Shown: positions 33,600-44,528, counted from the stretch's first letter. The stretch is 64,000 nt of DNA from a virus (IMGVR_UViG_3300001357_000001:64001-128000); one strand, 5' to 3'. Program-made: numbers and translations. The notes: generated by a model from the letters alone, not told the origin.

Positions 33600-34130
33600 T
33601 TAATCAGTTAATGTGGGTTGAAATAATGATAAATCTTTTAATGAATTTAATCTCATATCACCAACATCATATTGGATATTCCAAGGTGCAGTAAAAAGAT
33701 AGGTTAAAACACCATTTTCATTTAAATTACTAAAATTTTCATAATGGTCGTCAATGAAAATATCAATTTTATATTCTTTAGCTGCATCGATTTTATCTTT
33801 ATTAATCCCAACGGTAATAACAGGTTTCATTGGAAACCCATTTAATTCTAACCATTTTTCAGTTATTTCAGTACTAACTGGTCTAGCAGTAATATAACAA
33901 CATGGTTCAAATGGTATGTCTTCGGGTTTAATTAATGCTGGTATGTTTAAATAAAAATCATCGAGAACATCATCTTCTCTCATTTTTTTAAATCTTTCAC
34001 CGATTTTACTATCTAAATACCATGTATTTGGTGTGGGACTGATTTCTGGATATAATCTATGCCACGCTAATGTAAAATTAGCAATAACACCATCAATATC
34101 CAATCCAACATTTATTTTTTTATTTTTCAT
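33600..34130 (-). CDS. HAD-family 5'(3')-deoxyribonucleotidase-like
   Basis: LDIDGVIANF, ITAR, FIDD, APWN. Confidence 0.8.
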   Translation of the reverse strand: MKNKKINVGLDIDGVIANFTLAWHRLYPEISPTPNTWYLDSKIGERFKKMREDDVLDDFYLNIPALIKPEDIPFEPCCYITARPVSTEITEKWLELNGFPMKPVITVGINKDKIDAAKEYKIDIFIDDHYENFSNLNENGVLTYLFTAPWNIQYDVGDMRLNSLKDLSLFQPTLTD

Positions 34131-34136
34131 ATTAAA

Positions 34137-34643
34137 TTAGTTTAATAATAAATCACAAATTTTTTCTACTTTCGTTTTCAAGACTTCCAAAGTACTATTA
34201 TTTGGAACGATAATATCACTTGATTTCCATAAATCAATGTTAAATGAATCTTTCGGTTCTAATGGTTTACGTTCATCATAAACACCAATTATTAAATCAA
34301 AAACACCGTCATTAATACATTTTTGGATTTCATCTTGACTTCGCATTCCAACATACATGTCGTTGTATTTTAATATTTCCTTTGCTAGTCTTGCTTTATC
34401 TGGTATATTATATTCACAAATTAAATCATGCCATTCGGCACGATGATTCATACGGTCTTCGAAACATTCAATAAATGAATTATAACCATATTTATCTTTT
34501 AATTCATCATATATAAATATTTCTGCTGCCATTTCAGATGAACTTTTAAATGACATACCTGTAAATTCTTCAATCATTTCAGCAACAGTATCTTTACCAT
34601 GTCGCATATGACCAATAATTAATATTTTTTTGTTGTTTTTCAT
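34137..34643 (-). CDS. Deoxynucleoside monophosphate kinase-like P-loop protein
   Basis: IIGHMRHGKDT P-loop variant; GMR..DE. Confidence 0.7.
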   Translation of the reverse strand: MKNNKKILIIGHMRHGKDTVAEMIEEFTGMSFKSSSEMAAEIFIYDELKDKYGYNSFIECFEDRMNHRAEWHDLICEYNIPDKARLAKEILKYNDMYVGMRSQDEIQKCINDGVFDLIIGVYDERKPLEPKDSFNIDLWKSSDIIVPNNSTLEVLKTKVEKICDLLLN

Positions 34644-34649
34644 TTTAAT

Positions 34650-35774
34650 CTATTTTTTACGGTGTACCCAAATAGGTTCTGCATATATGCCAACAGTACC
34701 AAACGATTTACTCATGGGTCGTTTAGGCATCCTTAATCCCATTGCACCTTGATATTCAAAATCTCCAGTACTTGCAATATAATCATTCATTCCATCACAA
34801 ATTTTATAATGTTTTTTTCTTGTATATATATCACTTACATTAATAACCAAATGACCACCAGACTTTAAATTAGCTGTTCTTAATTCAATTGTTTTAAATA
34901 AAAACTTTTCCATCCAATCATCAAATTTTTTATACATTTTATATGATTGTAATGGACTCTGATTATATTTTTCTTTATCAAAATATGGTGGTGAAGTAAA
35001 GATTAAATCAAACTCATCTTCTAATTGAATATCAGGTTCTTCTGCACACCAAGGATGTAATTTGAACTTCATCGGCACACCTATTTTTTGATAATATTTT
35101 ATTTGTTCAATATATCCTTTATATAAATCATGATTAGGGTCGAAGCCAACATATTTTTTCACATATTTACTTGCATGTGCACCAAGTATTCTATCACCCC
35201 AACCCATACTAAAATCTAATACGGTTTCTGCTTTGAAATAATCATATATTGCTTTAGCAGCACTAGGTCTAAATTGTGCAGCAATATACTTTCTAAGCGA
35301 TATTATGTTTCTAAGGACAGTTGGGTTAATTTCTTTTACATTATGGCTAAAAAGTGCCTTAAATAGCGTTAAACGAAATCTTTCATTATCCCATGTTTTT
35401 TGTGCTGATGGATATCCAGTTGCGTCACATTTCCATCTTTCTTCTTGATGAAAATAATCACTGGCTTTATTTCCCACATTTGATATTCCAACATACTTGT
35501 CTTGAAAACCATATTTATAATCAAACTTCGTTCCCCACTTACCTTCTTGAATTAAATCATTTTTATTACACAATGCTTCATATTCTGCTTGTACATCATC
35601 TAAAGTAAATTCTTTATATGGTAATTCTATATCAAAATCAACAATAGCATCAGAAATTTGTTTTATAATAAATTCTTGTGAATAATTATTTACAATATCA
35701 GACCAATTGTCTTCGGTTACGAATAATTGTTTACCAATTACAAAATCTGCAAATATATTATTCATATTATCCAA
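34650..35774 (-). CDS. SAM-dependent DNA amino-methyltransferase
   Basis: VLDFSMGWGDR (motif I) and FTSPPYF (motif IV). Confidence 0.8.
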   Translation of the reverse strand: MDNMNNIFADFVIGKQLFVTEDNWSDIVNNYSQEFIIKQISDAIVDFDIELPYKEFTLDDVQAEYEALCNKNDLIQEGKWGTKFDYKYGFQDKYVGISNVGNKASDYFHQEERWKCDATGYPSAQKTWDNERFRLTLFKALFSHNVKEINPTVLRNIISLRKYIAAQFRPSAAKAIYDYFKAETVLDFSMGWGDRILGAHASKYVKKYVGFDPNHDLYKGYIEQIKYYQKIGVPMKFKLHPWCAEEPDIQLEDEFDLIFTSPPYFDKEKYNQSPLQSYKMYKKFDDWMEKFLFKTIELRTANLKSGGHLVINVSDIYTRKKHYKICDGMNDYIASTGDFEYQGAMGLRMPKRPMSKSFGTVGIYAEPIWVHRKK

Positions 35775-35913
35775 ATATAAATGTTAGTGCTACAATAACC
35801 AATATTATCACATAATCTCTAAGTGCTTTTGAATAATATTTATCAGTTTCTTTTTGATATGTTTCGTATGATATTTCTTTAATCTCTTTTTTCTTACTCA
35901 TAATTTTTGATTT

Positions 35914-38004
35914 TTATTCAAATACTTTAACACCAAACATTTCTTCAAGTTCATTATAAGGTGCTTCAATTTCTTTATAATCTGTTTTAATATCATCGTG
36001 AATAGAATATACTTCAAGTTCTTCGACTTCCATTTGGTAGTCTTCAGCAGTTCGAAGTTTTTCTTCGGGACTTTTTTCTCTGATATCGGTCATGTATGTG
36101 AATGATGCTCGTAAATGACCCGGATGTAAATCGGGATGAGAAACAATTCTCAACGAACCCAAAGGCTGTTCAGAATTATTGTCTCTTAAAACCCAACGAG
36201 CATCAACACGATGTTCACTAACAAAACCTCTTAATCTATCCCAATACGTATTGTTTAAATCTATATTCATTGTTTTTTACCGTTATAGCAGTTATTTTAA
36301 GTCTTTTGGTATTATTCTTTCAGGACATCCATGTAATTCAAGACATCTTACTGCCAAGGCAGCAACTTTACGTATTTCAGCAAGTGCTTGTTCGTCTTCA
36401 AGCATATATACTTTTTCTTTTGCCTTACTTAAATGAAACTCAATATAATTTAACCATTCTGCTGGTGGTTTTTGTTCATCAGGGGTATTATTTTTCTCTC
36501 TACGTGGACTCCATCTCAAATCTTGATAATCTCTTTCAACATCAATTCTCTTATAAATTTCTTGTCTTTTCATAGGTATATTTATTTTAAATTGTATTGC
36601 AACATTACGAATATAGTCTTCAATATCTTCTTCTTTAATATTATTTACAGGAATTTTAAAAATTACTTTCTTTTCCATTAAATCAAAACCATTTAAAATT
36701 GTATTTTTTAATGATTCAATAAAGGTTTTTTTATCATAATAGTCTTTAACATATTCAATCATATTATCAACATCAATAAATGATGGAGAATATTGTTCAT
36801 CAAGTTTTTTTAATTCCTGAATATCATAACCATTCTTCTTAGTATTTTTTAATCCAGTCAATAAATATTCTTTACTTATTTCTTGATGTTTAAAAAATTC
36901 TAATAATTGTTCTAAGTCAGTCCAAAAATGATTGCTTGGAACTACTTGTGAATATCTAGCACCATTTCCCATATTATTTAATTTCAGGATTATTAAATTT
37001 ATCTAGTATTCCAGATGATTGTTCATCTAATTTTGATTTCATCATAACTAAATAATTTCTAGCATCATCTAAATCTTTTTGCGCTTTATCAAAATCAGTT
37101 CTATGATTTGCTCGTTTAGTAAGTAAATGAACAAAATCACCTAGTTCTTGGAAACTATAATTTCTCCAAGAACCATTAACGAATTTATTAATATGTTTTT
37201 TTATTTGTTCTGGTGTACTCATAGTTATCTCCTATTTGCTCTACGACTTGCCTTAGTCATTTTATTTTTTTTCTTGCGTTTTTGTTTGTATTTTTTATCA
37301 AACTGATTAACCGTTATATTTGTTTGAACTTCTTGTGTTCGTTCAGTACGAAGATGACCAAATTTACTTTCAACTCTGGTTTCAGAAACCGTTTTAACTA
37401 AATTTGATAATGGTCTAAACCTAATTCTAGATTCTTTAAGTTGTTTAATATATTCGGCTTTGATTTCTTCTTCGGTAGGTTCATCATTTTCTTGTGTGTC
37501 TTCAATTTCTTCCGTTGCTAATTTTGATGATTGTAGTTCTTCAGGATTTACTTCCTCTGGTTTATAAAATTGTTCTGTCATTTATTTTATGTTAACATAA
37601 AGTTATTTTCCGTAAAACTACGAAAAAATAAAATATAATGCAAGAAAAAAGGGAGCGAACTCCCTATTAATTTATTCTTGTGGTTCAACTTCCACAATTT
37701 TCATATAACCTTCCATTATTCTATCAATTGTTTTTTGATATTGTTTTAATGGATGATTTTCTTCATCATGTTGGTTTTCAATTTGTTTAATACTTTTACC
37801 TCTGGCTAGACCATATGCAGCATACATCATACGTAATTCTTCACGATTACACTGATGTTTATATGTTGCATCACTAGCAGACATTTTTCTTTCGCCAACT
37901 AAGTTCACATCTTTTCTTTGATTTTTTAAAAATTTTTGTTCTTCAGCTTTAACTTTAATATCGGCTTTCATTTTTGCTATGTTTGTTATAATTTTTGTTT
38001 CCAT
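35914..38004 (-). CDS. Hypothetical genes (35914-36270, 36292-36972, 36974-37222, 37225-37581, 37672-38004)
   Basis: Abutting ATG ORFs; C-terminus of 36292-36972 is weakly MazG-like helical. Confidence 0.6.
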
Positions 38005-38027
38005 AATATTGTTTATTAAATTTTAAT

Positions 38028-38792
38028 TTATTTTAATTTGATATTTACCCATTTTTTTTCTGTTTTTATATCAGAAATAGTACTTTGAGCAACTTTAAAT
38101 TTTTTTGCGATATCTTTCTGAAAACAACCATTATTTATCATATTTTTTATTTCAATAACATCTTCAGTTCTTAATTTTTTCACGACATTTCCAGAAGCAT
38201 AATTATGTCTTGCATTTTCTGTATGATTAAGCCATTCTAAATTAGATTCACGATTATCAGATTTAATTCCATTAATGTGATTAACTTCTAATTTTAGATT
38301 TACATTATCTTTAAATGTCATAGCAACTAATCTATGAACCCTATTAATTTTTGATTTGTGGTTCTTTGTTAAATTAATTACTAAATAATCTCTTGAAAAA
38401 TATTGTTTCATTATTAAATCTTTACTATTCTTTACTCTCCCATAATTAGAGACATAATATAAATCATCATAATCAGGAATTGATTTCCAAATTTCACCAG
38501 ATAGATTTTTTGATTTTAAATTTAAATAAATTTTTCTTGCACTATTTTTATAATCCTGTTTATCTCTTTCATTTTTAATATCGTTAAAATTAACATTAAC
38601 TTCTTTTAAAGGAATAAAACCATCAGAATTAACTTCTTTCACGTCACCAAAATAAGGAACATGTTCAATATATGGTTGTTGAAAATTGAATTTAATGAAA
38701 ATGAATTCACCTTTACACCATTGTGCAATATTAGTATTTCTACATGTACCAATATAATATACGTTTTCTTTTAATTTAAATTTTTCTATCAT
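38028..38792 (-). CDS. NUMOD4-HNH homing endonuclease with extra N-terminal domain
   Basis: EIWKSIPDYDDLYYVSNYGRVK; VHRLVAMTF...VNHINGIKSDNRESNLEW..H..N. Confidence 0.9.
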   Translation of the reverse strand: MIEKFKLKENVYYIGTCRNTNIAQWCKGEFIFIKFNFQQPYIEHVPYFGDVKEVNSDGFIPLKEVNVNFNDIKNERDKQDYKNSARKIYLNLKSKNLSGEIWKSIPDYDDLYYVSNYGRVKNSKDLIMKQYFSRDYLVINLTKNHKSKINRVHRLVAMTFKDNVNLKLEVNHINGIKSDNRESNLEWLNHTENARHNYASGNVVKKLRTEDVIEIKNMINNGCFQKDIAKKFKVAQSTISDIKTEKKWVNIKLK

Positions 38793-38888
38793 AAGTAAGA
38801 TTTTAATATAAATAGTTAGGTTGTGATAAAAAGATATCTCACTTGCGATATTATGGAGGTCTAATATAAATCTATGTGTCTTTCATAA

Positions 38889-39155
38889 TTAATTAATTTT
38901 AAGATTAATTTTTTCCATTAATTGTTTTGTTACTTCATCAGTAATTTCTCTTTTTAGAGATTTTGAACCGAAATAAGAATCATTCATTACAATTCTATTT
39001 ACGATTGTTTTTACATCGAAAGAATCGAATTCGTTTTTTACCATTCTTTCTGCTTGTTCTTTTACTGCATCTTCAATCCATTGGCGAATATCTTCTTTAG
39101 ATATACCAAGTTCATTATGCATGTAGTTTTTAAACATTAACCATTTGTTTTCCAT
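38889..39155 (-). CDS. Hypothetical protein
   Basis: 88-aa ATG ORF. Confidence 0.55.
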   Translation of the reverse strand: MENKWLMFKNYMHNELGISKEDIRQWIEDAVKEQAERMVKNEFDSFDVKTIVNRIVMNDSYFGSKSLKREITDEVTKQLMEKINLKIN

Positions 39156-39475
39156 AATGCTAAATTTAGTTTATTAGTTATTTTTCTTAACTCTGGAGTA
39201 CCATAATAGCAAATAGCAGTCAATTGGTTGTCGATGTCAGGTTCATAAAAAGGAACGACATCAGCACCATTGTCTAACAATTTGTAATAAAGTCTTTGAA
39301 GTTTTTCTTCATTATCGATTGATAATGAAATGAGATAATTGCTATCTTTTTTCCACTGTTTGAATTTAGTGGGGAAATCATGTGCGAATTCGGCAATTGA
39401 ATGACCCGATTGAACGAGTTGTTGACCTGCCGATAAGTCTTTTCTTGTAATTGTTACTAATTTAATCTAAGTCAT
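39137..39475 (-). CDS. Peptidyl-tRNA hydrolase (Pth2-like) with in-frame TAG at codon 3 (missed by ORF track)
   Basis: ATG ACT TAG ATT AAA... then open for 110 codons: IKLVTITRKDLSAGQQLVQSGHSIAEF...FYEPDIDNQLTAICY; promoter 39515-39544. Confidence 0.75.
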
Positions 39476-39726
39476 AATACTAATTTTTAGTTTATTATAA
39501 ATACGTGTCATTTTATTATACGACAAAGGTAAGAAAATGTTACAGAAAAACAACTATTTTTTCTTTTTTTGTTGTAAATCTTCAACAAATTCAATCATTT
39601 TATTTAAAGTGTCATTAGAACCTTCCATGTATTTAGTTGGTGAACAAGAATTTTGTTCACAATATTTATTATTTAAATCCTTTCTTCGATTTAATTCATT
39701 TAGAATTTTTTGAAGTTTTTTCATAA

Positions 39727-41471
39727 TTATTTTTCTCTTAATGTTTCATATATTTTCCTTTCCATTTCAATTCTAATTAAAGTACGATTCATATGGTCTT
39801 CATGAGTAGTAATTGAAGGTTCAACATGAGCGACTCCTTTAATCATTTCAACAGCATTTTTTATTACTTCGAAGTCATCAATTCGATAATCACCATCAAG
39901 TGTTACTGTAAATCCTTTTACCCTGTTTGTCATAATTAATCTAATTTAAATTCAGTAATTACTTTTTTTTCTTTTGGTGTCACAATATTGCCTTTTATTA
40001 TTAGATAAGAATTTTCACCCCAATAATTAGTATCATTATTAGAAGGAATTTCATCAAGGAAATAAACATCATCACCATAATCACCATCAGCAAGTTCTTT
40101 TAAAAATTTTTCTTTATCAATTGGTCTTACTGTTGTGTCACCATCACTATTATGAATTAAATAATAAATTTCTTCACTCATTTTTTTATATTTTAATTAG
40201 TATTTTATTTTATTTTGAGGGCGTGACGGGACTCGAACCCGCAACAACAATGTTTTAGAGACCTTGCGTTCTACCAAGTGAACTTCACGCCCGTTTTACT
40301 CCCTTCACCAGAGGTTGTTTCCAACAGAAGGGAGGTCTTTGTTTCCATTTGTCTCAGTCAGCGAATTCTCTCTCTTTCAACTTAGTCCGTTAATTCGGCT
40401 CGAAATTCGCAGGAATAGCGGAACATTTGCTCGTCCCGACATGTTTTGTTAAAGAACGTTACTTTGCCACCAAATCATCATTGGTCTTATATGTTGACGA
40501 TAAAATAATATTTTAGAATATGTTATTAAAAATTCAGGAAATCCTTTAGGTATACCCTTACAATTATTAACATATTCTTCATAAATATCATTAATATTTT
40601 TTTCATTCATCATCAATTCCAAATATATGTTTCCTAATTATTCTGTAATTATTAAAACTTAAACACATTGCTTTAAACATACCACTATCCTTTGCTACCT
40701 GATAAATATATTTTTCACCTTTTTTTATCGTTTTCTGTAAATCTTTGAGATTAATACGCCATTCCTTTCTTTCTTCAACACTAGTATTATCACAAATATA
40801 AACATAACCATCACAAATTCTATCAAATTGAGAAACAGGATATGTTCGTTTCAATAATTCAAAATCTTTCATCGAATATTTAATTCTTTTTCAAGTTTAA
40901 GTACTTGTTCCAATAATTCATCTTGTTTATCAATCCATATTAGTTGAGTATTTCTTTTAAATATCGCATTCCATTGTCTATTAGGATATTTTATATTACT
41001 TGCACGTTCTAATCTATCAATAAGAGAATAAAATTCATTATTTTCATATATTAATGTGTCGAGTTTATTTATTTGCATTTTAATATAAAGCAAATCTTTG
41101 TTTTCAACACCAACTAATAATTCGTCTCTAATGTCAATTAATTCTTTCATTTAGTTCATGTAAAAAATTTTTTCGTCAAATCTAAATTTAGGATTAAATG
41201 CTGTAATACAATCATTTTCATGAAGGTCATGGTCGAGAACCAGCAATACCAATTCATCAAGTTTATCACCTAATTCCCATTGGTCATTACCTCTTGCAAT
41301 AATATAACCATCATTTACATCGATTTTACTAAAAACAAAAGGCTTGTTGTCTTCATCAATTTCTCTATTAATTGTGCCATGAAAACATCGGTCAAAACCT
41401 TTATTGCCTTTACCTGCTTTCGCCATAAAAATTTCTGTAAGTCCTATTTTATTATTTTTCTTTTTTTCCAT
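39727..41471 (-). CDS. Small hypothetical genes (39727-39933, 39936-40181, 40603-40872, 40869-41150, 41151-41471)
   Basis: ATG ORFs flanking the suppressor tRNA. Confidence 0.55.
40218..40292 (-). tRNA. Amber suppressor tRNA (anticodon CTA)
   Basis: GGGCGTG/CACGCCC acceptor; CAAGGT-CT CTA AA-ACATTG; GCGGG-TTCGAGT-CCCGT. Confidence 0.75.
40297..40445 (-). ncRNA. Candidate structured RNA upstream of suppressor tRNA
   Basis: GCGAATT/GAATTCGC, TGTC/GACA, CTCCCTTC..GTTG-GAAA-CAAC..GAAGGGAG; follows boxA at 40447. Confidence 0.45.
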
Positions 41472-41510
41472 AATATTATATACGAATATACTTATAAAAT
41501 GTTACAAGTT

Positions 41511-42071
41511 CTATAATAAATATTCAGAACTACTATAAAATTCTTGTTCTTTAAATAATTCCAAATTTTTATCCTTATCGCTAACAATAAATCGATTTAA
41601 TTCCCAATCAATATTCAATGTTTCATCATCATATTTAATACCACAATCATAATTAGGTGTATAAACATTATCCACAATATATTGAAATGTTGCTGTTTTT
41701 GATAGTACAACAAAACCATGAGCAAATCCTCTTGGTATATATAGTTGTAACATTTCCTTATCGTTTAATACGAATCTTTCATATTGACCATAGGTTGGTG
41801 AGTCAGTTCTAATATCAACAATAACATCAAGTATTACTCCTTTAATTACAGTAATTATTTTTGCTTGATTATATGGTGGTTTTTGAAAATGCAATCCACG
41901 CAATACATTTTGTTTTGATTTTGATTTATTTACCTGCATTATATTAAAATGTCCTATGTAATCATTTAATAATTTATAATTAAATGTCTCACAAAAATAC
42001 CCACGTTTATCTTTAAATAATGTGGGTTCAATAATTAAAACATCTTTAAGACTAGTTTCTTTTATTTCCAT
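41511..42071 (-). CDS. rfbC: dTDP-4-dehydrorhamnose 3,5-epimerase
   Basis: FKDKRGYFCETF, VLRGLHFQ, QAK, LYIPRGFAHGF. Confidence 0.92.
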   Translation of the reverse strand: MEIKETSLKDVLIIEPTLFKDKRGYFCETFNYKLLNDYIGHFNIMQVNKSKSKQNVLRGLHFQKPPYNQAKIITVIKGVILDVIVDIRTDSPTYGQYERFVLNDKEMLQLYIPRGFAHGFVVLSKTATFQYIVDNVYTPNYDCGIKYDDETLNIDWELNRFIVSDKDKNLELFKEQEFYSSSEYLL

Positions 42072-42088
42072 GTTGGTTTATTTATTAG

Positions 42089-42161
42089 TAGCGGGAACTG
42101 GACTCGAACCAGTAGATACAAGGTTATGAATCTTGCGAGTTACCAATTACTCTATCCCGCA
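42089..42161 (-). tRNA. tRNA-Met(CAT), 1:72 mismatch as in initiators
   Basis: TGCGGGA/TCCCGCT; CAAGA-TT CAT AA-CCTTG. Confidence 0.85.
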
Positions 42162-42167
42162 ATTTAG

Positions 42168-42252
42168 CGGAGGATGGGGGATTCGAACCCCCACAGGTGT
42201 TACCCTGACTTCGGTTTAGCAAACCGGTACGTTACCATTCCGTCAATCCTCC
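42168..42252 (-). tRNA. tRNA-Ser(GCT)
   Basis: GGAGGAT/ATCCTCC; CCGGT-TT GCT AA-ACCGA; long variable arm. Confidence 0.92.
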
Positions 42253-42257
42253 AATAA

Positions 42258-42672
42258 TTATTTCATTTTATTTGCTTCATTAAAGGCATAAAAAGCACCC
42301 ATGCCCTGCTGAAGATTTTCAATATATTTAATTGCTCTGCGTTTAAAAAAAAGACTCCACCAAAACAAAGTAAATCTTTGTTTTGTACTTAACCATTTTA
42401 ATGATTTTTCAAATGCTTTTTGTTGTTCTTTATCTATTTTAGTCATATTATTCTTTTTTTGGTGGAAATGCTTTTAATATATCTGGATGTGCTTCATAAC
42501 TACCCCATGTTTCACCACATTCATTATAATACCATTCAATTAATTCTTCATTAATAAATCCTTTTACTGCACTTCTAATATCTTTATATCTATAAGCATT
42601 TAACGCCTTTAGAATAATTTTTTCTATTTTTTTTGCTGTGATTTCAGCATGTATTTCACTAACTATACTCAT
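42258..42672 (-). CDS. Two small hypothetical genes (42258-42446, 42448-42672)
   Basis: Abutting ATG ORFs. Confidence 0.5.
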
Positions 42673-42677
42673 ATTAA

Positions 42678-43037
42678 TTAAATTATATCAATAACAGCAC
42701 CTAATTCTTCAAGTTCGTCTTTAATTTCTTCGGCATTAATTAATGTTGTTCCATTAATTAATTGACACGGAGCACTATCAATAATATCTTTTGCTTCTTT
42801 AAGACCAAGACCTAATAATTCTTTTATTCTCTTTAAAACAACTAACTTATTAAAACCTACATTACTTAATTGAACATTATAAATTTTATTCTCATCAGAA
42901 ACACCTATTCCAAAAGGAAATTTATAGATATTTGAGTTATAACCATATTTGTCCCAAAGGACAATATTTAAATTATCGAGTTCTTCTGAAGTTAATCTAG
43001 ATATACTACGTGCTATTTCATTTATATTTCTTTCCAT
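42678..43037 (-). CDS. rplL: Ribosomal protein L7/L12-like
   Basis: NKLVVLKRIKELLGLGLKEAKDIIDSAP...AEEIKDELEELGAVIDI. Confidence 0.8.
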   Translation of the reverse strand: MERNINEIARSISRLTSEELDNLNIVLWDKYGYNSNIYKFPFGIGVSDENKIYNVQLSNVGFNKLVVLKRIKELLGLGLKEAKDIIDSAPCQLINGTTLINAEEIKDELEELGAVIDII

Positions 43038-43041
43038 GAAT

Positions 43042-43245
43042 TTATTTCTTTATAAAATATTTGGCATAATGAAAATCGCCATCGTTTACAATCTCTGTTT
43101 CGATATTCATTGTTTTTCGTAAATCAAAGATAACTGCTGCTAATCTCATGCATCTGAATTCTGTGAGTGCCTCTAATGGAGTAATTTCATTTCCATTTAA
43201 TAAATGTTCCTTAATTAAATCTCTTTGTGTTTTTTTATTTTTCAT
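43042..43245 (-). CDS. Small helix-turn-helix protein
   Basis: TQRDLIKEHLLNGNEITPLEAL..FRCMRLAAVIFDLRK. Confidence 0.7.
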   Translation of the reverse strand: MKNKKTQRDLIKEHLLNGNEITPLEALTEFRCMRLAAVIFDLRKTMNIETEIVNDGDFHYAKYFIKK

Positions 43246-43500
43246 GATTTCATATTTTAATATTACAATAATACTAAAAATTCTTAACATTTTAATATTT
43301 TATTATACGAAAAAAGAAATAGATTGTTACAAATGTGCGTTTTTAACTACTGGCATTGATATTAAATCCATAGTATATGAACCATTGTCATAAATAGTTA
43401 CTGTTGTTATACTATTCCAAAATAAAACCGCTTTTCTATCGGCATCGGTTCTTAATTTATCCCAATTTTTAATATTTAAGTTTTTCATATAAAAAGTTTT

Positions 43501-43808
43501 AAAAAATAGCTTGAGCGTACCCAGAATTTTGTTGTTAATCATCATTTATCTATGCACCAACCCGATTATTATTGAGTTGCTTTCCCTCTAAATCTGTTTG
43601 GCTTGCACCCTCGGCAGTGCAAATGATAACTTCGGGTCTTTCGGGGATTCTGGTTTGATGAGCCTATTACAATCCCTTTTTAGCATTTCTCATCCTAACA
43701 GCTTTAACTTGTTATCTCCTGCCTTTAGCAATGGTGTCCTGAAGTTCCTCCATCTTGACATCACAATTTGTGACCTCAAAACAGCGATGAATCCTCTTAG
43801 CTATTTTT
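43501..43808 (-). ncRNA. rnpB: RNase P RNA (bacterial type, ~308 nt)
   Basis: P1 AAAAATAGCT/AGCTATTTTT; CR-I GAGGAACTTCAGG covarying with CR-V ACAAAATTCTGGGTAC (P4); GCAAGCCAAA; TAGATAAATG. Confidence 0.85.
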
Positions 43809-44281
43809 CATTTTCTTGTGTGATGGGGTAGATTGCTTTTTAGTATAATCACACAATTTTTTTTGTAATATGATTTAAATTTTCCTTCATTTAATTGGCT
43901 TTCAATTTCTCTAGTCATTTCATCATTATCATATGCTCGTTTTTCTTTTTTATTCCAAATATTACCATTTTTAGGAATATAACCTCTTAGTTTATTATCA
44001 TAACCCCAATAAATAATAAAACAAATTGGATATTCCCAATCACCACCAGCATTTACAAAAAATACATGAAATCCTTCTTTAAGTTCTCTATATCCAACAG
44101 GATATTCGGCAAATCCTTCAGTATATTTATAATCAGTGTAATTTTCACAGTCAAAATTAATTTTAGATAAATCTTGCCAAATTTTAGGTGTCATTTCATA
44201 TGGATATTCTTCATTATCCATTACTTCTTTAATTTTATTAAAAAAATCATCTTTACTAATTTCACCGTAGTATCTTGCCAT
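43808..44281 (-). CDS. Hypothetical protein (3' end uncertain, A8 run)
   Basis: ATG ORF; GGDWEYP motif. Confidence 0.6.
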   Translation of the reverse strand: MARYYGEISKDDFFNKIKEVMDNEEYPYEMTPKIWQDLSKINFDCENYTDYKYTEGFAEYPVGYRELKEGFHVFFVNAGGDWEYPICFIIYWGYDNKLRGYIPKNGNIWNKKEKRAYDNDEMTREIESQLNEGKFKSYYKKNCVIILKSNLPHHTRK

Positions 44282-44308
44282 AATTAAATATGTATTAATT
44301 AATAATTG

Positions 44309-44384
44309 AGCAGGTTATGGGACTCGAACCCACTAAATCCTTTTGCTTGGCAAGCAAATATGCAACCAGTTACACCTAACCCGC
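44309..44384 (-). tRNA. tRNA-Gly(GCC)
   Basis: GCGGGTT/AACCTGC; TTTGC-TT GCC AA-GCAAA. Confidence 0.9.
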
Positions 44385-44528
44385 ATATAGTGAAGAATAC
44401 TTAGGCAGCCACTTAATACTATGTTTCCACGTACTCATTAAACATGGTCTTTACCATATACTCTTCACTGCCTATATCATTTTAATATCGAGAACGCTTT
44501 GGTAACAAATATAGGACTTTCTCGCTCT

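Noticed and set aside
41511-42071. rfbC as part of a glycosylation cluster
   Set aside because: No rfbA/B/D or glycosyltransferase nearby; an isolated auxiliary gene.
43598-43831. Plus-strand 77-aa ORF
   Set aside because: Antisense to the RNase P RNA.
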